Source of the DNA: Octopus vulgaris
Taxonomy: Eukaryota
Assembly: GCA_951406725.2 (NCBI GenBank)
Contig: OX597827.1
Location: forward strand, 79,298,001 to 79,362,000
Length of the DNA: 64,000 bases
Direction of reading: 5' to 3'
The position numbers were made by a program, and so were the translations under genes. Shown here piece after piece: positions 1 to 10,436 of this stretch. Every line of letters starts with the position of its first letter. Positions within the stretch are counted from its first letter, which is position 1. The notes below the pieces were generated by a model that was not told the origin of the DNA, made no database searches, and saw nothing but the letters and a program-made list of their open reading frames with translations.

Positions 1-144
1 AGGGGTCATAACAGATGCCAATGTAAAGCCCCTTATGTGTGATGTGTGAAACAGACATAGAGTTGATATTTGTATATGAATATAAAGTATTGTATAAGAT
101 TTGGTGTGTGAGAGAATCATTTAACAATAGTCATGGAACATCTA

Positions 145-3114
145 CTATGTTGGCTGTAGATAGGTATCTTGTATTTGTTGTCCCTTTAGTATTGTGGCTG
201 CAACTGGATTGTCATTGGTATATTCTGCAAAATATCAAATATACAAACACAAATTACATTTCAACATAACAACTCCAATATATAAAGATAGAAACATTGA
301 TCTTGTATTACACTAAGCATAACATTATATATTGTCCTACAGTAATAAAGGCAATTACATTTATAAGTTATGTTTTGATAAAAGTTACCTGGTTCTGCAG
401 GTATCTCATCATATGGTTTAGTCTTGCCATTACTCTTGCTAGCTTCTCTGTCCTTTTGGGATGTTAAGGTGTCACTGTTGTAAGACATGATGGAACTGGT
501 GCGACGTCCATGACTATAGATTGAATCACATCTCTGTGGATAGTAGAAAGTGGAATCCTGTATAAATACAAGTTTAGATCACTTCTAATAAAACAGTCTG
601 AGGGACTGAAGTTGAGTTTTTTGTAGTAATAACTGTACATAGATGAATAATGGATAAAATACTTCTACCTTCATAATAATAAGCAAAAAAACATCAATTA
701 TCCAAAATAATATTTACCTGAGGCACAGGTGGAAGTCTCCTTTGTGTTGTTGAGAATTTCCATTCATCTGGTGTCTGTTCCATCTCCAGAAAAAACTGAC
801 TTTTAGATTTTATTGTCTGAAGATTTCGGTTAAATATCTCTTCTGCATTTCTTGTTATTGCAACAGGATTGTTAGTCTGATACAGTAATTGTCTCATCTC
901 AGTCTGAGAGAGAAAGTTGGGATTCTCTGCTGTTGTGGGTGAGTTATTTGTGTGATTAATACATCTGAAAACACACAGTGTTATGGACACTACAATAGCC
1001 ACAGATAGTATTACAGCTGCTGCTACAATGATAATTATCCAAGTCATATTCAGGTCGTGACCAGATTGGAATGGCACAGCAGTCAACATTGGAGATGTAT
1101 CATTACTAACAAACAGTGTTAGTATGATAGCAGTTGTTGCTGATTGAACTGGAGTACCACCGTCTTTCACTATAAACTGCAGCTCATATGTTCCTGCATC
1201 ATTTTGGTAAACTGTGCGAGAGAAAGATAACACACCAGTGTGTGAGTTCACTGTAAACAGGTTTTTATCATTGGATCTCAGTATTCCATATGTGAGGAAA
1301 GCATTGTTTCCAGTGTCTTTGTCAGATGCTCTCAGAATTGTGATGTCCTTCTTACTGTGTGGATGGTAGTGGACATCGAGATTGTAAGGGTCATTATTAG
1401 GAAACGTAAAATACGGAGCATTATCATTTTTATCTAGAATCTCAATAACAATATTGGCAGTGTCATTGAGAGAAGGTGTTCCATTATCTTTCACTAAAAC
1501 CTTGAACTTATAGATGTCTTTCATTTCTCGATCTATTGATTGTGATGTAGAAATAAATCCATATTTGGTCAGTTGGAAAGGAATGTTATCATTGTTGTTA
1601 TCATTGATGATAGAATATGTAAGTTGGCCTCCATCTCCAAGATCAGGGTCTGTAGCATTGATGAAGCCAATAGGGAAGTCAACTTTCTGGTTTTCATAGG
1701 TGAGGAATTGGAATGTCTCTTTGGTAAAATGTGGTTCTACATCATTGACATCAGTTACTTTGACAGAGAAATATTTTTTACTTTCTAGTTGAGGTGACCC
1801 CATGTCATGACACACAACAGATACTTTATAGTGGTCCCTTATTTCTCTGTCAAGATGACCCTTAACAATCATTTTATATTCTTTAGAATCTATTTTGGCA
1901 AGTTTAAACTTATCATGTTTTAAATCACAGATAACCTCACCATTAGGTCCACTATCAGTGTCAGTGACCATAACATAAGCTATAAAACTATCTACTTCAC
2001 TGTCTTCTGGAACTGCTGCTGAGCTCTCTGATAAAGGAGATACAAAATCTATGTTTATCAATGGAGCAGTATTCCTATTATTAATCACATAAATGTGAAC
2101 TCTAGCTACTGTCTTTAGAGGAGGGTTGCCGCCATCCTGCGCTTCAATAAATAATTTATAAGATTGCCTTTTACTGAAATGAAAATTATCATGTAAAAAT
2201 AAATCTCCAGTTTTCTTATCTAAAACAAAATATTTCTGGATATTTTGAGATGTTTTATGGTTGAAATGATAAGAAATCTTTCCATTGTCTCCAGAATCTC
2301 GATCTGTGGCTTTTAAAGTAAGAATTGGTAAATGTCTTTGATGTGAATTATTTATAGAGATATTATAGAATTTCTGTGAAAATACAGGTGTGTTATCATT
2401 GACATCTGTCACAGATATGTGTACCTTGAGTGTAGCTGTTTTGGCAGGGTTTCCTCCATCTTTAGCTTCCAGTGTCAACATATATGAATATTTTAGTTCC
2501 CTGTCTAATTTATCTGCTAAAGTCAGTTCAGGTATAAAAATACCATCCTGTTTTGTGACTGAGAGAGAAAATGGTTCTCTTTTACTTTTTTTAATCATAT
2601 ATGTAATTTGAGAATTCTTTATTGAAATATCTTGATCAATGGCATTTAAAAGTGAGATTTTAGTCCCTTTAAATTGGCTTTCGAGAAATTCAATTTCAAC
2701 TTCATTCTGTGGAAACTCTGGAGAATGGTCATTGATGTCTTCTATTAATATTTTTATCCTTAGAATCTTCATAAACGTTTTTCCTTTCCTCACTGCCACC
2801 TTCACAGTTCTAGAACATTCCTTGTTGTATGTACACAGAGACTCAGCATCCAGTGTTTGAGTAGTGTATAGTTTTCCTGAGTTGGTGACATTAAATAAGT
2901 GAGAACCACTCTCGACTGTCCTTTGTAGTTGTGTAAATGTAATGAGAGTGTGTTGTTGATGCGTGAGAGGGTGTGATAAGTTGGAGTCAACAGCAATGTC
3001 TCCTATATAGGTGTGAGGTCTGTCTTCTTCCTTGACATGGTATGCAATATCTATGGACAGTACAAGGGTGATCAGTAAAGGTAGAAGACACAGTAGACCA
3101 ATATATTGTGTCAT
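145..3114 (-). CDS. Protocadherin g1 (signal peptide, 6 EC repeats, TM, cytoplasmic tail), ~873 aa; coding exons 3114-718, 533-389, 224-145
   Basis: Cadherin motifs (LDRE, DxNDN, DxD), Pcdh-type EC1 LDAESLCxxxxxC and a hydrophobic TM. Donor CAG|GTAAAT at 718/717, acceptor CAG|AGA at 534/533, donor CCAG|GTAACT at 389/388, acceptor TGCAG|AA at 225/224. The phases join in frame to EYTNDNPVAATILKGQQIQDTYLQPT*. Confidence 0.93.
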
Positions 3115-5141
3115 GTCTGGAATTCTTCATCACACTTTAGCAGGAGAGTTTTCTACAAAACACAACAGACATTGAAAGTCTAAATAAAATTCAATAAAAT
3201 AAACTAAAATAAAGCAGTCATTGTGTAGATGTTATTCATTGTACTTTGTTATATTCCCTGAAGCTAAACTTAAAACTTTAAACTAATAGTTTACAAACAT
3301 AACGTTATTGTTGCAGTTATACCATGCCTCCATCTAGCTGAGAACCAGACTTTGATATGTGATGTAAAGTGATGGTCTGAGCCAATGTAAGAACTTTTAT
3401 ATGGTCATTCTGTCTGTGGTAGTAAAAGGCAGCCCAACCTTTAAATCTGATTCTACAGTCTTACAAATAGATGAATAAACTTGATAAAGTAATCCTGAAT
3501 ATAATAAACCAGAAATGATGACAGAATGTTGACAGCTTGAATAATGCAGACTCTGACAAGGAAATATTAAAACCCTTTAAATTTACATCACAGAGAAAGA
3601 TTTTAGTCGTTGGAGATTAATGATATATACAATATGAAAACAACAGCAATTCTACTCTAAGCTGATGGTAGGTCTAATTCTACAATTAGACCTACCATCT
3701 AAGCTGATGGTAGGTCCTAATCAAAAGAGAAGTAAAATATATTGTGAAATTAATGAACAGTAGTCTCTCGAGATATTTAATTAATGAAGTTTAGGTTTGC
3801 AGAGCGAAAGATTAAGGACATGATAACCTAAATGTACTTTATTGTGTCTTGTTGGTTGGAATTCCTCTCTTTTGTTACCGTATTTCTGTTGGAATACATT
3901 GCTTTTGTTTCGATCAATTTCAAAACTACAGCAAAAATTTAGTAAAATAACTTTGTCAAAATGAATCTGGTGATTGGAACACAAATCAAGATGAAATTTG
4001 ATGGAAAGCTTTAATTTAAAGCACTTTAAGAAGGAAGTTAATATCATAAAACCTGGCACAATTGGAGGCAAGTTGGTATCAGAGAGGGTGAAAGACATTT
4101 GATAATAATATACCTGTTTCACAGAAATGTAGGATAAGTGTATCTAAGACACCTAATAACCTGGATAGAAGATGTCTTGTTGACTTATTTCACAAATAAC
4201 TGACAAAGAATAGATTATAAAATTATGTGGAAATACTTTACAAAAATGGGAATTATAAAATGGTGGAGTGATATGTTGATGGAAAAATATGTATAATTAT
4301 CTTCATGAAATATGCAGATATCTTTCTTATCAAATAAATTGTAATAAAAGTAATTTAATCCCTATTTACATATAACATTTAGATTTTATACATATAAGAT
4401 ATTTCTGTTATATTATATATAGTATTAACAACTGTAATAATGAAATGTTTGTTAATTTGTAGAGAAATGATATTATATCTGAATAATTCTCAATATTCAT
4501 CTTTTGTTGTCAGGATTAATATATTTTAACAACACATGACAATATAATTGCTTTATATATCACACTAAATATCTTAAATAACAAATCTACACGAAATAAT
4601 ATTGACCAACATCTTTACATAACTTGGCTTTGTAAATGAGCAATCGCATGTGTTGATCTAAATGGCCTCCAAATGTATTCAATGAGTTTCTTTGCCCAAG
4701 AAGTCGGGAAGACACTTAGCAAGAAATGTAGATGTAAATTGAAAGGAGGAAAATACATAATGATAATAATAATAATAATGATGGTGATGACGAGGATAAA
4801 TATTCTTGGTTTATTATATACAAAAAAATACACAATGGATATTCAGTAGGGCATATATATATATATGTAGATATATATCTATAAATATATGTATTTACAT
4901 ACACACACACACACACACATATATAAGGATATGAATGATCCGTTAGAGTTAATTAAAGCTAGAGAAAATTAGGATTTTATTAGGGATATATCGCGAGAAC
5001 AAAGATATGAACTATATCAACATACATTATCAACACCCAGTCTTGTTGGCTATCAATCAATGTTTTGTGATAGTTAAATGTTTATATATATATCTAATTT
5101 AGACTAGTTTAAACAAATAATGTGTACTATATATTGTAGCA

Positions 5142-5146
<5 letters not shown>

Positions 5147-5214
<68 letters not shown>
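5147..5214. repeat. (TA)n microsatellite
   Basis: Uninterrupted TA run. Many other (TA)n, (CA)n, (GA)n, (TAA)n and (CAT)n runs occur in the long introns. Confidence 0.95.
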
Positions 5215-5217
<3 letters not shown>

Positions 5218-5286
5218 GTGTGTGTGATTCAAAGACGTAATCCAGTTCAAAGTAATTGTATTACAATGACTACTGCAGTTCTTGTT

Positions 5287-5441
5287 GTTAATGGTGGAAG
5301 TGATGGCTAGATCTCTCGATCCTCCACTGTCCCAGTCCCTGTATATATACAACATGGCAGACATTTTAGATATTATCCTTACCCTGTCTTTCATTAGAAA
5401 CACAAATAATATAAATGTTATAATGAATATGAAAAGATAAT

Positions 5442-5479
<38 letters not shown>

Positions 5480-5886
5480 CTGCATTGTTTAATCCTTTAC
5501 TGTAGTTGTGTGTGATGGATGATGTGTATCCTGCTGTAGTGTTCCACTCCAACTGCTGCTGCTGCTGCTGTAGTGGTATTATAGTGGTACTGCTGCTGTT
5601 GTAGTAGTGTTCCTGTGTTACTGCTGCTGCTGCTGCTGTTCCTGTGTAACTGCTGATATAATAGTGTGACAGTTGCTGTATGTAGTGGGAGGTGAGATGT
5701 TAGCCAGATGCTGGTGTGTGCTAGTTACAACTCTATGTCCTCCACACACACACACACACAATTGTGTGTATGATGAACAAAGAAAAAAGCTATCAGCCTC
5801 ACTTTCAATATTGAAAGAAATATAGAAAATCTCTCTCATCCAATAGGAAATTACTGCAATGTTGTCTGTGTTACACAAACACATCA
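5287..5886 (-). promoter_or_regulatory. g1 conserved cassette: CCAAT box (5840-5844), putative first exon ending at donor 5480/5479, (GA)n and conserved intronic block
   Basis: About 600 bp, near-identical in all 8 units. Perfect donor CAG|GTAAGT. No minus-strand ATG from 5817 down to the last 6 nt of the exon. Confidence 0.75.
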
Positions 5887-6695
5887 AACAAGAGAAATGA
5901 TGTTAAACAGAAAGAACATCACATTTTTTTCTTCAACAAAACACTACATTACATATATTTGTATTAAACTATAAGATTTATAATAATATTTCTTGATAGT
6001 TGATGGGTTATTTATAACTTCACTATAAGAATACATATTCAGGATTCCTATTAGAAACAAAATGATTTTAGAAGAAGTCATCAAAGATTTCATTATTTAA
6101 GAAGTTCACATGATATTTTCTATGTCATATTTCATAAAATATAAAACATTTCAATTTCAATTTTTAAATGAGTAGATCATTTCAGTATGTTATGAATATA
6201 GGTGACAGCACTTTATTGCATTTTGTGGGCACCAACAGTTATTCATCTATACTGATATTAATCGATTAATAAAATTCAATATACACAGAATATAAAAGAT
6301 AAAGTGGTGTGAACAAAACACAAAATGGAAAAAAATGTAAAACCATGGTATAAGTTAGTATGAAACTAATTAATGGTAGAAGTGATATCAAACCAATAAA
6401 TACTATAACTGAAAATTCTAGGATGACCCTAATTAATTTATATATGTTTAGTGAAACTTCTATAGGAAAACTAAGAGTAAAAGAACTATCTTATAAAATA
6501 ACTAAAGTAATGTAGTCATTTCTTGTATTTCATGTATCAGAGATGTAAATTGGGAGTCATAGTAGATGCCACTGTAAGGCCTTTTATGTGTGATGTGTGA
6601 AAGAAACATAGAGTTGATATTTTTATATGAATATATAGTATTGTATGAGATTTGGTGTGAGAGAGAATCATTTAACAATAGTCATGGAACATCTA

Positions 6696-9600
6696 CTATG
6701 TTGGTTGTAGATAGGTATCTTGTATTTGTTGTCCCTTTAGTATTGTGGCTGCAACTGGATTGTCATTGGTATATTCTGCAAAATATCAAATATACAAACA
6801 CAAATTACATTTCAATATAATAACTCCAATATATAAAGATAGAAACATTGATCTTATATTACACTAAGCATAACATTATATATTGTCCTACAGTAATAAA
6901 GGCAATTACATTTATATGTTATGTTTCGGTAAAAGTTACCTGGTTCTGCAGGTATCTCATCATATGGTTTAGTCTTGCCATTACTCTTGCTAGCTTCTCT
7001 GTCCTTTTGGGATGTTAAGGTGTCACTGTTGTAAGACATGATGGAACTGGTGCGACGTTCTTGACTATGGATTGAATCACATCTCTGTTGATTATAGAAA
7101 AAGGAATCTGATATCAATACAAGTTTAGATCACTCCTAATAAAACATTTCTTATATAAAGTGTATTCTATTTCGATAATGAATATTGTGTTTTGCTATCA
7201 CTAGGACAACAAAGAACAATTAATTCAGAATGTCACAGAAAAGCCAGAAATTTTAACCAAAGGAACGAAACGTTTCATACACATGAGAATCTGAAATAGA
7301 TATTTGAAAGAAATATTTGAATGCACATCAATAATTGATTAAATACTTTTGTATTTATAATCAAAAGGATATCAGAGATGTAAAATAATATTTACCTGAG
7401 GCACAGGTGGAAGTCTCCTTTGTGTTGTTGAGAATTTCCACTCATCTGGTGTCTGTTCCATCTCCAGAAAAAACTGACTTTTAGATTTTATTGTCTGAAG
7501 ATTTCGGTTAAATATCTCTTCTGCATTTCTCGTTATTGCAACAGGATTGTTGGTTTGATACAGTAATTGTCTCATCTCAGTCTGAGAGAGAAAGTTGGGA
7601 TTCTCTGCTGTTGTGGGTGAGTTATTTGTGTGATTAATACATCTGAAAACACACAGTGTTATGGACACTACAATAGCCACAGATAGTATTACAGCTGCTG
7701 CTACAATGATAATTACCCAAGTCATATTCAGGTCGTGACCAGACTGGAATGGCACAGCAGTCAACATTGGAGATGTATCATTACTAACAAACAGTGTTAG
7801 TATGATAGCAGTTGTTGCTGATTGAACTGGAGTACCACCGTCTTTCACTATAAACTGCAGCTCATATGTTCCTGCATCATTTTGGTAAACTGTGCGAGAG
7901 AAAGATAACACACCAGTGTGTGAGTTCACTGTAAACAGGTTTTTATCATTGGATCTCAGTATTCCATATGTGAGGAAAGCATTGTTTCCAGTGTCTTTGT
8001 CAGATGCTTTCAGAATTGTGATGTCCTTCTTACTGTGTGGATGGTAGTGGACATCGAGATTGTAAGGGTCATTATTAGGAAACGTAAAATACGGAGCATT
8101 GTCATTTTTATCCAGAATCTCAATAACAATATTGGCAGTGTCATTGAGAGAAGGTGTTCCATTATCTTTCACTAAAACCTGGAACTTATAGATGTCTTTC
8201 ATTTCTCGATCTATTGATTGTGATGTAGAAATGAATCCATATTTTGTCAGTTGGAAAGGAATGTTATCATTGTTGTTATCATTGATGATAGAATATGTAA
8301 GTTGGCCTCCATCTCCAAGATCAGGGTCTGTAGCATTGATGAAGCCAATAGGGAAGTCAACTTTCTGGTTTTCATAGGTGAGGAATTGGAAAGTCTCTTT
8401 GGTAAAATGTGGTTCTACATCATTGACATCAGTTACTTTGACAGAGAAATATTTTTTACTTTCTAGTTGAGGTGACCCCATGTCATGACACACAATAGAT
8501 ACTTTATAGTGGTCCCTTATTTCTCTGTCAAGATGACCTTTAATAACCATTTTATACTCTTTAGAATCTATTTTAGCAAGGTTAAACTTATCATGTTTTA
8601 AATCACAGATAACCTCACCGTTAGGTCCACTATCATTGTCAGTGACCATAACATAAGCTATAAAACTATCTACTTCACTGTCTTCTGAAACTGTTGCTGA
8701 GCTCTCTGATAAAGGAGATACAAAATCTATATTAATCATGGGTACATTATTTCTGTTGTTAATTATTTGAATCTGAACTGCTGCAACAGACTTTTTTGGT
8801 GGCTTACCTCCATCCATTGCTTCAATAAATAATTTATAAGATTGTTTTTTACTAAATTGAAAATTATCATGTAAAAATAAATCTCCAGTTTTCTTATCTA
8901 AAACAAAATATTTCTGGACATTTCGAGACGTTTTATGGTTGAAATGGTAAGAAATTTTCCCATTATCCTCAGAATCTTGATCTGTGGCTTTTAAAGTAAG
9001 AATTGGTAAGTGTCTTTGATGTGAATTGCTTACAGAAATGTTGTAGAGTTTCTGTGAAAATACAGGTGTATTATCATTGACATCTGTCACAGTTATGTGT
9101 ACCTTGAGTGTAGCTGTTTTGGGAGGATTCCCTCCATCTTTAGCTTCCAAGATCAACATATATGAATCTTTTACTTCCCTGTCTAATCTATCTTCTAGAA
9201 TGAGTTTAGGTATAAAAATACCATCATGTTTTGTGACAGAAAGTGAAAATGGTTCTCTTTTACTTTTCTTAATCATATATGTAATTTGAGAATTTTTGAC
9301 TGAAATATCCTGATCAATGGCATTTAGAAGGGAGACCATTTCCCCTTTTCTCTCTTTCTCAGAAAATTCAATCTCAACTTCATTCTGTGGAAATTCTGGA
9401 GAATGGTCATTGATGTCTTCTATTAATATTTTAATTTTTAGAATCTTCATAAAAGTTTTTCCTTTCCTCACTGCTACTTTAACTGTTCTGGAACATTCCT
9501 TGTTGTATGTACACAGAGACTCAGCATCCAGTGTTTGAGTAGTGTATAGTTTTCCTGAGTTGGTGACGTTAAATAAGTGAGAACCACTATCGACTGTCCT

Positions 9601-9792
9601 TTGTAGTTGTGTAAATGTAACGAGAGTGTGTTGTTGATGTGTGAGAGGGTGTGATAAGTTAGAGTCAACAGCAACGTCTCCTATATAGGTGTGAGGTCTG
9701 TCTTCTTCATTGACGTGGTATGTAATATCTGTGGACAGTGCAAGGGTGATCAGTAAATGTAGAAGACACAGTAGACCAATATATGCTGTCAT
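6696..9792 (-). CDS. Protocadherin g2, ~873 aa; coding exons 9792-7396, 7084-6940, 6775-6696
   Basis: Same domain motifs and splice sites as g1; large exon coding part 2397 bp. Confidence 0.93.
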
Positions 9793-10249
9793 GTTTGGAA
9801 TTCTTCATCACATTTTAGCAGGAGAAATTTCTACAAAACACAACAACAATACTTAAAGAGTAAATAAAATTTAATAAAATAAACTATAATTATAACCATT
9901 GTGTATGTATTATTAATTAAATCTGAAAACATTTCATTTGACTGAAGTGAACAATTTAAAAATGTCCATCCACAATATTTAGCTAGAGGTATATTTAGAG
10001 TAATTTTTAAAAACTATGATGATGTAATCACAATGTTGAGAATTTCTGAATTGATTAATGGCTTTGTTAAAAATTTATATTTACTGATATACTCAAATGG
10101 GACAACAAGTATCTTGAACTATATTGAAATTGCTTGTTACAACACTGTGACTGATAACAGAAACTCTATGGTAAATCCATATGCAATGATAATGATAATA
10201 ATAACAATAATAATGATAATAACAATAACGATAACAATAATAATAATAA

Positions 10250-10436
10250 GGATTGCTTGGAAAAAGTATGGGGAATTAGAGGACAGACTTGATGACATAC
10301 GGAAGAAGTTTAGGGACAGTAGAAAGTAGAAGGGGCATCTTCCAAGGGGACTGCCTGTCCCTACTGATCTTTGTACTGTGCTTGATACCACTGACACTGA
10401 TTCTGAGGAAAGCAAGAGCTGGGTATGTATTCAAAA
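10250..10436 (+). mobile_element. R4/Dong-like non-LTR retrotransposon, reverse transcriptase fragment
   Basis: Translates to LGTVESRRGIFQGDCLSLLIFVLCLIPL (RT motif RGIFQGDxLS); abuts a degenerate (TAA)n tract. Confidence 0.75.

Noticed and set aside
39-269. Plus-strand 76-96 aa ORF repeated in most units
   Set aside because: Antisense shadow of exon 4 and the 3' UTR. It is broken by stops in g3 and g8, and substitutions such as CAG/CAA are synonymous in the minus-strand frame.
694-717. ORF-track C-termini after ...PPVPQ (VNIILDN, VNILSII..., different in each gene)
   Set aside because: Similarity ends exactly at the CAG|GTAA donor, so these are intron read-through and not variable tails.
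1514-1788. Recurrent plus-strand ORFs inside the large exon (MSFISRSI..., MERNVII...)
   Set aside because: Antisense to homogenised coding sequence; no independent coding evidence.
5104-5403. ORFs over the conserved intronic block (MKDRVRIISKMSAM... / MARSLDPPLSQS...)
   Set aside because: A 2-bp TA deletion in g6 and variable (GA)n length shift the frames, and the ends differ between units.
5618-5887. Poly-Q-ending ORFs over the promoter cassette
   Set aside because: The frame changes with (CA)n length between units and the starts are non-ATG; more consistent with promoter and 5' UTR.
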